From a virus (lineage: Duplodnaviria > Heunggongvirae > Uroviricota > Caudoviricetes): a stretch of DNA of 64,000 nucleotides. The DNA is taken from the IMG/VR virus record IMGVR_UViG_3300032030_000013; one strand, written 5' to 3'. A program made the translations under genes and the position numbers. Under the pieces are notes generated by a model. The model was not told the origin of the DNA. It made no database searches and was given only the letters and a program-made list of their open reading frames with translations. Below, in pieces: positions 38,760 to 48,348 of the stretch. Within the stretch, counting starts at the first letter, position 1. Each line of letters opens with the position of its first letter.

Positions 38760-39355
38760 TTTCTAAATCTTTCATCAGACCAATAAATATCTTTAATCAT
38801 TCCATAATAATGCTCAGAATCATTTTCATCAATATCATTGATCACATTTTTAATTTTTTCAAGATATTCTTTGAATTCATTTTTAATTTTATCAGAGTTC
38901 AAATAATCTTTAATTTGTTTCTTATTTTTATTTTCTTTCCAATCATTATAAGCATTACAAAATTCACGTGCTTCCTGTTCGTTATCAAATACCAAACAAT
39001 CAAGTTTATTATCTTCAACTACAGGAATACCCATAAATTCATGCGCATCACCCCAACAATAACGTGGAAAATATTGATCCCACCCTGCACTTTTAAATGG
39101 CTTATCAAGATATTTTCCATATACTCTTGGTTCTCCATATTCACCTCTGGTTATTTTGCATTTTACAACTTCCATTTTTGTACGACGATTTGTCTGAGGA
39201 GCCCAAATCATATAATATTCATTTCCTAATTCTGACATCCATTCTTCATTAGGAACATATTTTTCATCAATTCCCTGAGAACGATAACGTTTATAATTAT
39301 CATTCTCATAAAAATCTTTGTAATATGTATATCTAGTACTAAGAAGTTTTCTCAT
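38756..39355 (-). CDS. Hypothetical protein (paralogue of 37268..37858)
   Basis: Same shared motif as 37268..37858. Confidence 0.65.
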   Translation of the reverse strand: MRKLLSTRYTYYKDFYENDNYKRYRSQGIDEKYVPNEEWMSELGNEYYMIWAPQTNRRTKMEVVKCKITRGEYGEPRVYGKYLDKPFKSAGWDQYFPRYCWGDAHEFMGIPVVEDNKLDCLVFDNEQEAREFCNAYNDWKENKNKKQIKDYLNSDKIKNEFKEYLEKIKNVINDIDENDSEHYYGMIKDIYWSDERFRK

Positions 39356-39373
39356 ATTAAAATTGTTTATTAT

Positions 39374-39586
39374 TCATTTTGGAATTTTTTGAATATTATC
39401 ATTATTTAATTCTACTTTGCAATCAACATATTTTTTATTCATATTCATTAATCTGATATTAAGATAATTATCTCTTAATGATATGTTTTTCTCTTCCCAA
39501 TGTTTATCTACTTGATATCTTGCAATTATATTTTCTCCTTCTATTACGTTTATTATATCTCCATCTTCTTTAAATTTATAATTCAT
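39374..39586 (-). CDS. Hypothetical protein
   Basis: 70-aa ORF. Confidence 0.5.
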   Translation of the reverse strand: MNYKFKEDGDIINVIEGENIIARYQVDKHWEEKNISLRDNYLNIRLMNMNKKYVDCKVELNNDNIQKIPK

Positions 39587-40019
39587 TATTATTTAGTCTA
39601 TCACGTATTATTTTTGATGTTATAATATCTTCATTATTAATATACTCAGTTTGCTCTTCATAAAGTTCTTTTAAGTTCTTATAAGGAAAATTTTTTCTCC
39701 ATTCCTTTTGAGTCATATCACAATCAGACTTATACACATATCTGCCAGGTCCATTATATTTGATTGTTACATCCTTACCTGATAAATGCCATACAATATT
39801 TCTTTCTGAATTCTTTTCATCCCAACCACAAAGCTTCCACCAATAATCATGCTTAGGATAGTAATATTCAACTTCTCCAGTTTTTTTATTACGTCTAAAT
39901 CGTGGCTTAAGATAATCTGATATGCTTAAATATATAACTTTATAAACTGCCCAACAGAATGCACATAATATACACCCTACACCAGTAAATATAATTAATA
40001 TTTTAATATAGTCAATCAT
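39576..40019 (-). CDS. Membrane-anchored hypothetical protein
   Basis: N-terminal TM then P.FR.N...G.VEY. Confidence 0.6.
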   Translation of the reverse strand: MIDYIKILIIFTGVGCILCAFCWAVYKVIYLSISDYLKPRFRRNKKTGEVEYYYPKHDYWWKLCGWDEKNSERNIVWHLSGKDVTIKYNGPGRYVYKSDCDMTQKEWRKNFPYKNLKELYEEQTEYINNEDIITSKIIRDRLNNNEL

Positions 40020-40033
40020 ATTATTTCAATCAA

Positions 40034-40306
40034 TTATTCGTTCATTATCTTATCTAAATCTTCATTACTTTTTAGATTATTAATATTGATAACAACAGGT
40101 TTGATATCATTACTTCCATTTAAACCAGGAATCATTGTTATGATACTATCATTAATTTGAAGGATATCCCATTTGCTTCCTTTATAAATATAGATAGGAT
40201 ATACTTTTCCGTTTTTACCAATATTAATTCTATCATTCTTATCACATGCCACAAAAGAACATGTAACAAACATAAGACATATCAATAATCTTGCTATATG
40301 TTTCAT
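40034..40306 (-). CDS. Putative lipoprotein
   Basis: MKHIARLLICLMFVTCSFVA-C-DKND: basic n-region, hydrophobic core, lipobox-like VAC. Confidence 0.55.
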   Translation of the reverse strand: MKHIARLLICLMFVTCSFVACDKNDRINIGKNGKVYPIYIYKGSKWDILQINDSIITMIPGLNGSNDIKPVVININNLKSNEDLDKIMNE

Positions 40307-40311
40307 CTTAT

Positions 40312-40581
40312 TTATTTATATATTTTTGACTTATCCAAGATATCGTTAATGCTAAAATCTTCAGGCAAATATTGATCTACGACATGACCTACATCAATAA
40401 GATATTTAATAGAGTTTAGCATATGATCATTATCTTTAATAATAATATCTAACATCTTATTGAATTTGACAGGATCTTCACGCAATTCTTTAAGATTATT
40501 AATAAATGCAACATGATTATAGAAAGCTCCTACTGAATTTCGGATTCTTTCTTCAACGGATTCGTAATTCTTCTTATTCAT
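40312..40581 (-). CDS. Hypothetical protein
   Basis: 89-aa ORF. Confidence 0.55.
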   Translation of the reverse strand: MNKKNYESVEERIRNSVGAFYNHVAFINNLKELREDPVKFNKMLDIIIKDNDHMLNSIKYLIDVGHVVDQYLPEDFSINDILDKSKIYK

Positions 40582-40584
40582 ATA

Positions 40585-40902
40585 TTACCAAGAAATTGTT
40601 GTGTCATCAGCAGGTTCTCTTTGATCCCCATAAAAATATGAAATCTTAAATCCTTTTGATATAAGAAACTCTTTAGTAGATTTTCTTAATGTTTTGTTAG
40701 AAAATGTAATTTCATATTTTCCTTCAAATCGTGCTTTATTAATCATCTCATAAATCCAATCTAATTCTTCATTCATTAGATTATTAACAATTTCATTAGA
40801 CACTTCTCTTGCATCAGAAGCACTGAAATACTTTTGTTCTCCTTCTATTTTCATATTATTCACAATAATGTTTTTTAGTCCATAACTCGCATATATGTCC
40901 AC
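40585..40902 (-). CDS. Hypothetical protein
   Basis: SA.DAR...I...A..G.Y.I..F....G(F/Y).....TISW pattern. Confidence 0.55.
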   Translation of the reverse strand: MDIYASYGLKNIIVNNMKIEGEQKYFSASDAREVSNEIVNNLMNEELDWIYEMINKARFEGKYEITFSNKTLRKSTKEFLISKGFKISYFYGDQREPADDTTISW

Positions 40903-41071
40903 AGTTTTCTAAAATTTCATTTCGTGGTTCTTTACAATCATGATTATAACATGTCCAACAACAGCATTTTTCACAATGATCAAATCCACGAACTATTTCG
41001 CCATTAGTTCCTTTGAATTCAACTTCATAAGATATTCCATATCTACAAGTTACTATCTTTTTCTTTCGCAT
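40856..41071 (-). CDS. Small Cys-rich protein
   Basis: HC.KCCCW.C.NH.C. Confidence 0.45.
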   Translation of the reverse strand: MRKKKIVTCRYGISYEVEFKGTNGEIVRGFDHCEKCCCWTCYNHDCKEPRNEILENCGHICELWTKKHYCE

Positions 41072-41381
41072 ATATATTTAAATTTTCTATTTCTTCAATT
41101 AAATCTTGACACATTGTCGCGCGACCTTCAAACTTAGAATATTCTTTTAAAGCATTAAGTGTTTCATTATTGAAATTTGATAGATGTGCTAAGTTATATA
41201 AGTCTTCTGCTTTCCATGCATATTTCTGTTGTAATTCAAATATCTTATTAAGTACATCATTTTTATAACGATCTATATTGTCTGGATACTTATATATTAT
41301 TCTAGGCTTTTTAATCTTAATATATCCAAACAATATAATATTAGTGATAATTAATATAAATATGATAATATATGCTATCAT
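41043..41381 (-). CDS. Membrane-anchored hypothetical protein
   Basis: N-terminal TM. Confidence 0.55.
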   Translation of the reverse strand: MIAYIIIFILIITNIILFGYIKIKKPRIIYKYPDNIDRYKNDVLNKIFELQQKYAWKAEDLYNLAHLSNFNNETLNALKEYSKFEGRATMCQDLIEEIENLNIYAKEKDSNL

Positions 41382-41740
41382 TTATTGTTTTCCAAATACT
41401 TTTTAAGACCTTCTTTATATTTATTAAATTCTCTTGTATTCCATAAATGGCAATTTTGTATTGTACTTAATGTTTTTGTAAAATTTTTATAATTAGAATC
41501 ATAACTATTAAATTTCATATAATCCAATCTAGGAATTCCATTTTTTTCTGAATACTTAATAATTTCAGTCCAAATTTTATCATTAACAGAATATACTAAA
41601 TAGCCATCTTCTGTTAACTTAAATGTAACTGGCCAACAGTTCTTGCATTTATTTTCTAGTTTCTTTGTACGATTTCTAATATCATAGTCAACGACACTTA
41701 TTAATACAAGTGCACAAATAATCAAAATCAAAATAGTCAT
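41378..41740 (-). CDS. Membrane-anchored hypothetical protein
   Basis: N-terminal TM. Confidence 0.55.
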   Translation of the reverse strand: MTILILIICALVLISVVDYDIRNRTKKLENKCKNCWPVTFKLTEDGYLVYSVNDKIWTEIIKYSEKNGIPRLDYMKFNSYDSNYKNFTKTLSTIQNCHLWNTREFNKYKEGLKKYLENNK

Positions 41741-41744
41741 ATTC

Positions 41745-42923
41745 TTATTTATTTAAACGGTTATTCAAAATTTCTCCGCATCCATAGCAATGATAATAAT
41801 CATTATCATATAAAGTACAGAATTGCCCAGATGCTGCAGTTACAGGTGTATCTGAAATGATCTTAACATCAGTATCTGAATTATTGAAATACATCTTACC
41901 AGTATATGTATCTGGAGAATGACGAATCTTAAATGTTACATCACAAATAAAATTTGGATCTCCATCACCAGTATAAGTATGATGATACCAAGTATCAATC
42001 ATATTATCAGTAAGCCAATTGATATCATTAACAGTAAACTCAGTTACCTTAGTCTTATCATAATTCTTTGATACATATACAATATTATTTAATGCATCCT
42101 TACTAACTACATACCAAGGACCTCCTGAAAGCTGTAGACCTCTACGTTGACCAATTGTGTGGAACCAATGTCCATAATGCATTCCTAAGATATTTCCAGT
42201 ATCAATATCAACAATATTTCCACACATCTTTCCAAGATACTTCTCAATATAATCATTATAATTAATCTTACCTAAGAAACAAATGCCCTGTGAATCCTTT
42301 CGCTTTGCATTGACAAGATGATTCTCCTCAGCAATCTTACGAACCTCGTCCTTCATAAGATTACCAATTGGAAATATAATCTTCTCAAGAGGCACCTTCT
42401 TTGTATCAATATTTGCAATAAAATCAACTTGGTCCTTTACAGGGTCCTTAGCAGGACATATCCACCACTTAACATCAGAAGGATTAAAAAAATCAGACGA
42501 AACCCAGTCAGTAGCATTCTTACATTTACATGTTACATATCCTACTTTTGTTGCATAATGACCTGTTGCAATATAATCATATTTATATCCAATCTTATCA
42601 TAGAATGCTCCAAACTTAATAAGTGTATTGCACATAACATCAGGATTAGGTGTAAACCCACGCTTAACCTTATCCATTGTGTACTTAACAACATTATCCC
42701 AATACTCCTTATGAAGATCAATTATATCAAACTTGCATCCATACTTTGCAGCAACTGCGGAAGCCATTTCAATATCCTCCTCGGATGTACAACTATATGA
42801 ATCCTTCTCATCAGGACCTATATGTATATAAAAACAATCAGGCTTCTCTCCTGTTTTACAAAGCATATGCAATGCAACTGATGAATCAACTCCTCCTGAA
42901 AGTAATAATGCTATCTTATTCAT
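41745..42923 (-). CDS. mnmA: tRNA 2-thiouridylase
   Basis: PP-loop LSGGVDSS, TPNPDVMCN..IKF, ATGHYA, KDQ, DSQGICF, and TIGQRRGL motifs. Confidence 0.93.
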   Translation of the reverse strand: MNKIALLLSGGVDSSVALHMLCKTGEKPDCFYIHIGPDEKDSYSCTSEEDIEMASAVAAKYGCKFDIIDLHKEYWDNVVKYTMDKVKRGFTPNPDVMCNTLIKFGAFYDKIGYKYDYIATGHYATKVGYVTCKCKNATDWVSSDFFNPSDVKWWICPAKDPVKDQVDFIANIDTKKVPLEKIIFPIGNLMKDEVRKIAEENHLVNAKRKDSQGICFLGKINYNDYIEKYLGKMCGNIVDIDTGNILGMHYGHWFHTIGQRRGLQLSGGPWYVVSKDALNNIVYVSKNYDKTKVTEFTVNDINWLTDNMIDTWYHHTYTGDGDPNFICDVTFKIRHSPDTYTGKMYFNNSDTDVKIISDTPVTAASGQFCTLYDNDYYHCYGCGEILNNRLNK

Positions 42924-42925
42924 AA

Positions 42926-43696
42926 TTATTTAATTTCTGCTTCTTTTACATAATAATGATCTCCTTCAAAGAATGGTGTTCCTTCTTCACACGGAGTTCT
43001 TGACTTATCATTTTTGAATACCCATGCATTGGCTTCTTGTAAAGTATCAAATTTCTTTACTAATACATCTTTAATGTATTTAGAATCTTGGTTTGTTTTT
43101 CTTCCTAACGCATCATACTCAACATATTTAGACCAAACTTCGTATTTCTTATCTTTAAGGTTTTCATCAATAAAATTGCAATTTACCTTATCATCAAACC
43201 AGCAAGTATCATATATTTCAGTTTTCTTTAGATGTCTCCAATGATCCTTTTGCTCATATACACTTTTAGTCTTAATAGTTATAAGGTTTTCATCTGATAC
43301 ACCTAATCTTGTTTCAATATCTTCAAGTCTTTTTAATTGTTTACTTATATTTACTTGAATCTCTTGAATAAGATAATTCAATGCACCTTGATATGTTGTA
43401 TAAAATCTATATCCTTCTGTATTAGTTCCATTGTTTCCATAAGCAAAATCAGAATCTAAAATAAGGCTATCATGTCTATCACTATTTTCATGTCTTATTT
43501 CATAAACTTCATCACCACCAAAAACATGAATCTTTTTTAACTTATATAGATCACCACCTTCAAATTCTGTTCCATATATAATCTTATCAACATATAACTT
43601 TCTAATATCATCTCTACAATAATCAGGAACATTAGAAGTATATTTTACCATGAATACTGGACTTCCTTCTTTAAGATCTTTAAATAATTTTGACAT
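42926..43696 (-). CDS. Hypothetical protein
   Basis: 256-aa ORF. Confidence 0.6.
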   Translation of the reverse strand: MSKLFKDLKEGSPVFMVKYTSNVPDYCRDDIRKLYVDKIIYGTEFEGGDLYKLKKIHVFGGDEVYEIRHENSDRHDSLILDSDFAYGNNGTNTEGYRFYTTYQGALNYLIQEIQVNISKQLKRLEDIETRLGVSDENLITIKTKSVYEQKDHWRHLKKTEIYDTCWFDDKVNCNFIDENLKDKKYEVWSKYVEYDALGRKTNQDSKYIKDVLVKKFDTLQEANAWVFKNDKSRTPCEEGTPFFEGDHYYVKEAEIK

Positions 43697-43707
43697 ACTT
43701 TATTATT

Positions 43708-43965
43708 TTATAGCATTCCCCAATCTTCAGCCAATTCAATATGATCAAATTCTTTTAAGAATTGTTCTTTTGTTAATGTCTTAACTGTATCAATACCTTC
43801 TGTTATCGTTGATCCATACCAAAATTCAACATATTCAGGATTTTTATATTTTACATAATCAGCTGCCCAATTATATAAGACACCCCTTGTATGTTGTAAC
43901 CAATCCCAAGCCTTTTCTAATTCCTTAGGGCCTGTCATAAAAAACGCTTTACCATCTATATGCAT
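43708..43965 (-). CDS. Hypothetical protein
   Basis: 85-aa ORF. Confidence 0.55.
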   Translation of the reverse strand: MHIDGKAFFMTGPKELEKAWDWLQHTRGVLYNWAADYVKYKNPEYVEFWYGSTITEGIDTVKTLTKEQFLKEFDHIELAEDWGML

Positions 43966-43966
43966 A

Positions 43967-44392
43967 TTACCAACGATCCTCCTTAAATTTTTTAATATTC
44001 TTACAGAACCAAGAATTATAATAATTAAACTTACCAGTAGAAAAACAAAAAGTTAATCTATGTCCTTCCAAGAATAACTTATATGCTTCTTCCAAATATT
44101 TAACTACATATTCTCTTGTCTTTTTATTCTTTATATTATAATCATTCTTAATCAAATTATAATCATAAGATTTTGTATGATTGAAATTCTCCATCTTCCA
44201 ATGATAGAAATAATCCATCTGTTCATAATCAGAACCTGCTTTATATGACCATCCAATATAATTCATTCTATTACATATTGAACTTGTAATCTGTCCAAGT
44301 ATATTATAAATAAACTGAAACTTAAAAGCAATAGGATCTTCTTTCTTCTGTTTCTTACGTTTTTCTTTATACTCCTGATAATTCCAATCCAT
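43967..44392 (-). CDS. Hypothetical protein
   Basis: 141-aa ORF. Confidence 0.55.
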   Translation of the reverse strand: MDWNYQEYKEKRKKQKKEDPIAFKFQFIYNILGQITSSICNRMNYIGWSYKAGSDYEQMDYFYHWKMENFNHTKSYDYNLIKNDYNIKNKKTREYVVKYLEEAYKLFLEGHRLTFCFSTGKFNYYNSWFCKNIKKFKEDRW

Positions 44393-44485
44393 AATTTTAT
44401 TATTTAATTTATTATATAATATAGAAAAAACTGAGATTAGTTAAAATCCCAGTTTATAAAATATGTTAAATAATTGTAAATTATG

Positions 44486-45667
44486 TTAGCCAATTTGTTT
44501 TTTAACATAATCTAAATCAACAGTAAATTCAGTTACTTCTTCTGACGGCATATTAAACATTGCTTTATTCATTATGTTTTCCATTGTTCCGCGAAGACCA
44601 CGAGCACCTAGTTTGTTTTCCATAGTCTTATCAACAATATAATCTAAAGCATCTTGTGTGAAGTCTAACTTTATATTATCTAAATTGAATATTCGTTTAT
44701 ATTGTTTGATTAATGCATTCTTAGGTTCTGTCAATATCTTAATTAATGAATCTCTGTCTAATTCATCAGTATATGTAATGATTGGCAATCGCCCAATGAT
44801 TTCAGGAATAAGTCCAAAAGATTTCAAATCAAGCGGGGTTATCTTTGCCATATAGTCTTCATCCTTCATCGTATGATCTGTATCTGAATTGAATCCGATT
44901 ACTTGTTTATTGCATCTTTGCTTAATTTTGTTTTCAATGCCTACGAATGCTCCACCACATATGAACAATATATTCTTTGTGTTGATTTTTACAAGCGGCG
45001 TATCTGGGTGCTTACGACCTCCTTTTGGCGGAATAGATACAATTGATCCTTCAAGTAATTTAAGTAATCCTTGTTGAACACCTTCACCTGATACATCACG
45101 CGTTATACTTGCATTATCGCCTTTACGGGCAATTTTATCTATCTCATCAATAAATACAATTCCACGTTCTGTTTTTTCAACATCATAATCAGATGCTTGA
45201 TAAAGATTAACCAATAATGATTCAACATCCTCGCCAACGTATCCTGATTCTGTCAATACTGTAGCATCTCCGATGCAAAATGGAACATCAAGCATTTTAG
45301 CAATAGTTCTTGCTATCATCGTTTTGCCCGTTCCTGTTGCTCCTAATATCAAGATATTAGATTTCTCAATTTCTACATCATCTTCTATTTCTGTATTGAT
45401 TCTCTTATAATGATTATATACAGCAACTGCAACACGTTCTTTAACTCTGTCTTGTCCTATGATATATTGATCTAAGAATTCTTTAATTTCTTTAGGCTTA
45501 GGAATTCCTTCCATAGTCTTATCATTTACTTTTGATTCATATTTCTCTAGTTCAGCATTACATCTCTTTAAGCATTCTGGACAAATATGACCCGCATTAC
45601 CCGCAAGTAATATACTACTATCTTCAAAACTTTTACCGCAAAAACTACAATAATATTGTTGTTCCAT
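44486..45667 (-). CDS. clpX: ClpX ATPase
   Basis: CSFCG..CPEC Zn finger, GATGTGKT, ESGYVGEDVE, DEIDKI, RDVSGEGVQQ, IGF loop, GARGLR. Confidence 0.95.
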   Translation of the reverse strand: MEQQYYCSFCGKSFEDSSILLAGNAGHICPECLKRCNAELEKYESKVNDKTMEGIPKPKEIKEFLDQYIIGQDRVKERVAVAVYNHYKRINTEIEDDVEIEKSNILILGATGTGKTMIARTIAKMLDVPFCIGDATVLTESGYVGEDVESLLVNLYQASDYDVEKTERGIVFIDEIDKIARKGDNASITRDVSGEGVQQGLLKLLEGSIVSIPPKGGRKHPDTPLVKINTKNILFICGGAFVGIENKIKQRCNKQVIGFNSDTDHTMKDEDYMAKITPLDLKSFGLIPEIIGRLPIITYTDELDRDSLIKILTEPKNALIKQYKRIFNLDNIKLDFTQDALDYIVDKTMENKLGARGLRGTMENIMNKAMFNMPSEEVTEFTVDLDYVKKQIG

Positions 45668-45701
45668 TTATTTATTTTTATTTACAATTATTTTAAATTA
45701 T

Positions 45702-45929
45702 ATGAATTCTATAAGTAAATATAGTCTTTTTGAATTATCTAAACTAATAAATCATAAAGTTAGATTCACTTCAGATTGTGAATTCTTTCCAAATTTTGAT
45801 GTCATATGTAAAATAAAGAAAGTGCATATGAAAGGAAATGAAATCTTATTTGAAGTGAATACTATTAAAAACAATAAACATTTGACTATAGGATCAAATA
45901 TGAAGAATCTTCAATTTGAAATAATTTAA
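45702..45929 (+). CDS. Hypothetical protein, lone plus-strand gene
   Basis: Exactly fills the gap between two minus-strand genes, with a 4-bp tail-to-tail overlap. Confidence 0.5.
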   Translation: MNSISKYSLFELSKLINHKVRFTSDCEFFPNFDVICKIKKVHMKGNEILFEVNTIKNNKHLTIGSNMKNLQFEII

Positions 45930-46237
45930 CCAAAATATTTTGTAACTTCTTCTGGTGTCATTTCTTCGATAATGATATCATATTCTTTCCATTCATAATG
46001 TTTATCTTCTCTTCGTTTTAAATAATAAAGACAATCAATTAATGAATATTTTCCAACTGCATCAGTATCATCTTCAGCACTTACTGATATATCCACTTCC
46101 TTTCCATTTTCATTGAACATTTTATATACACATATGTCACTTACGCTTTCAACAGCAGAATATATCGTAAACTCTTCACGATAATATCCACATTCATTTA
46201 TATATTTTGTCTTATATCCTCCAGTCTTATAACTCAT
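45926..46237 (-). CDS. Hypothetical protein
   Basis: 103-aa ORF. Confidence 0.55.
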   Translation of the reverse strand: MSYKTGGYKTKYINECGYYREEFTIYSAVESVSDICVYKMFNENGKEVDISVSAEDDTDAVGKYSLIDCLYYLKRREDKHYEWKEYDIIIEEMTPEEVTKYFG

Positions 46238-46752
46238 TAATCTTTATTACTATTTTTATTGTCTTCCCAGAATTTGATAACGTTTAAGAATGCTTCTTTA
46301 TATGCAGGATCACTTGCACAATATTGAGCGCATACATTAGCAATTATAGTAAATAATTCATTTGCAACTGTCTTACCATCTTCTTCACGCGTACCTACAC
46401 ATTCAGATGAAAGCATTTGAATAAGATTATCAATTCGTTGTCCTTCATTATATTTCTTTGGTACTTGAAGTATCTTTGTTGATTCTTTTGTATTATCGTC
46501 TTGAGCAATAACCAATATATTCAAATCATCAGGAATACAATCTAAAGTTAATCCTAATTCTAAAGCAAATGCAAATAATGAATCTGACTTACATTTTGAC
46601 ATAGGAGCTTCCATAATTGCTTTCATAAGCTCTTCAGATATAGGTTGACTCATTTGATTAATTATCTGAACGACTTGTGCTTCGCGACTTCCTTCGGGCC
46701 AACTACAAGTCTTACCATCATTTTCTACTTTTCCTAATTGTACTTCTTCCAT
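46237..46752 (-). CDS. Hypothetical protein
   Basis: 171-aa ORF. Confidence 0.6.
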   Translation of the reverse strand: MEEVQLGKVENDGKTCSWPEGSREAQVVQIINQMSQPISEELMKAIMEAPMSKCKSDSLFAFALELGLTLDCIPDDLNILVIAQDDNTKESTKILQVPKKYNEGQRIDNLIQMLSSECVGTREEDGKTVANELFTIIANVCAQYCASDPAYKEAFLNVIKFWEDNKNSNKD

Positions 46753-46927
46753 AATTATCTTAATTTATTTATTTTATCTATTATATATGTCATTCCAGCA
46801 AATACTAATGTTATATATATCATACGTTCAGCAAAAATAAATCCTGGTGTTTCTCCATGAATTAATATCATTATTATTAAAACTATCATATATAATAGAA
46901 TAATAGTTGCAACATATTCTGTTTTCA

Positions 46928-48037
46928 TTAGAATCCTATTTTATTTTTATGCGTTTTTGAATAATCATTTTCATTCTCATTATAATAGATGTCTGCTAAT
47001 GTCATATCTTTATTTTCATTAGGTAATAATTTATTAACTTTATCTTTTGAAAGTTTCTTAAATTCATATTTAAGTGATAAACGTCCTTTTCTTAATAATG
47101 CTCGGTCCACCTTGGACAACGAATCATTGAATGTACAGATGAATTTTGTCTTTAATACATCTCCAATGATTCCATCTGTTATATTCAATAAAACTGGCAT
47201 AACTGGGTTATATCCTGAAGATCTGTCTTTAAGAATCTTTTCACAATCTTCTAATATAAATACAGTATCCCAGTTATCTAAAAAATATGACATAAGTTTT
47301 TCTTGAGGAATACTACCTAATAAGCCGCCATCTATAAATATAAAGTTCTTATTAATATATTTCTTAATAAGATGCTTAATTAAAGAAGTCTTACCAGTTC
47401 CAGGTTCTCCATAAAATAGCATTAAATCAGGTCTTGTATCATCTGCAAGTATACTGCACATTCTATCATAAGGAAGATCATCATTATAATTCTTCTTAAT
47501 ATCAATATCTATATTAACATCATAATCAAACCAAGAAGTATATAATGTGTTTGTTCCTTCCATTATAGATGCAATGCCAAATTCTAATTTATTTTTATTA
47601 TCTAATGCTACACAATTTGGTCTAATAATTTTTTCAAATACTTCATCAATATGACCTTGTGCTACATACATATCATTATATGTATCTGAAGCATCTGCAT
47701 CAATGCTTGTTGTAAGATTAAACATAAAAGGAGCAGGATATTCTCCGCATATTAAAAATTCATTTGATGAATAATTGAATACTTCAAAATCATCTTGCTT
47801 ATCATTTTCTTTAATAAGATTTATCAAAAATTGACGTGTATCAATTCTTTTAGTAAACTTATATCTATCCAAAGCTAATTGAGAAGCTTTATATTCAAGA
47901 ATACCATCGTTATTATAAAAATAACGATAGCAAAATGGTAATTCGGTCTTAAAGATATTAATAAACATAGCTCCGAGATAATCATCACTATGACTATTGA
48001 ATATCTTAAACATGTCATAAATTTTTTGTTTATCCAT
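46928..48037 (-). CDS. AAA+ ATPase (BCS1/classical-clade-like)
   Basis: FYGEPGTGKT, ILEDCE, LLNITDG, TFN, D.ALLRKGRL motifs. Confidence 0.85.
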   Translation of the reverse strand: MDKQKIYDMFKIFNSHSDDYLGAMFINIFKTELPFCYRYFYNNDGILEYKASQLALDRYKFTKRIDTRQFLINLIKENDKQDDFEVFNYSSNEFLICGEYPAPFMFNLTTSIDADASDTYNDMYVAQGHIDEVFEKIIRPNCVALDNKNKLEFGIASIMEGTNTLYTSWFDYDVNIDIDIKKNYNDDLPYDRMCSILADDTRPDLMLFYGEPGTGKTSLIKHLIKKYINKNFIFIDGGLLGSIPQEKLMSYFLDNWDTVFILEDCEKILKDRSSGYNPVMPVLLNITDGIIGDVLKTKFICTFNDSLSKVDRALLRKGRLSLKYEFKKLSKDKVNKLLPNENKDMTLADIYYNENENDYSKTHKNKIGF

Positions 48038-48348
48038 TAATCTTTATTAATATTGTTGTATATATAATCTATTAACATTCCTAAAGTAAGTTCTTTATTG
48101 ACTATATTATCATCTATGGTGAATTTCTTATTAAATAATTTTAAAGTTTGATTAATGTTATACTCAACTTCTAATATGAATTCAATAACATCTAAAGAAT
48201 CTAACTTAAGATCACTATATATGAATGCATCTTCACCATCAAATGATTTTAATTTCAATATAGTATTTTTAGTATCTTCATCAAATCTGTTTTCAATTGC
48301 TTCTATAACAAATTTCTTGATATCTTCTCTTGAAAATAAATTATTCAT
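48037..48348 (-). CDS. Acyl carrier protein-like
   Basis: DLKLDSLDVIEFILEVE (DSL phosphopantetheine site) and TLG.LIDYI helix. Confidence 0.75.
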   Translation of the reverse strand: MNNLFSREDIKKFVIEAIENRFDEDTKNTILKLKSFDGEDAFIYSDLKLDSLDVIEFILEVEYNINQTLKLFNKKFTIDDNIVNKELTLGMLIDYIYNNINKD

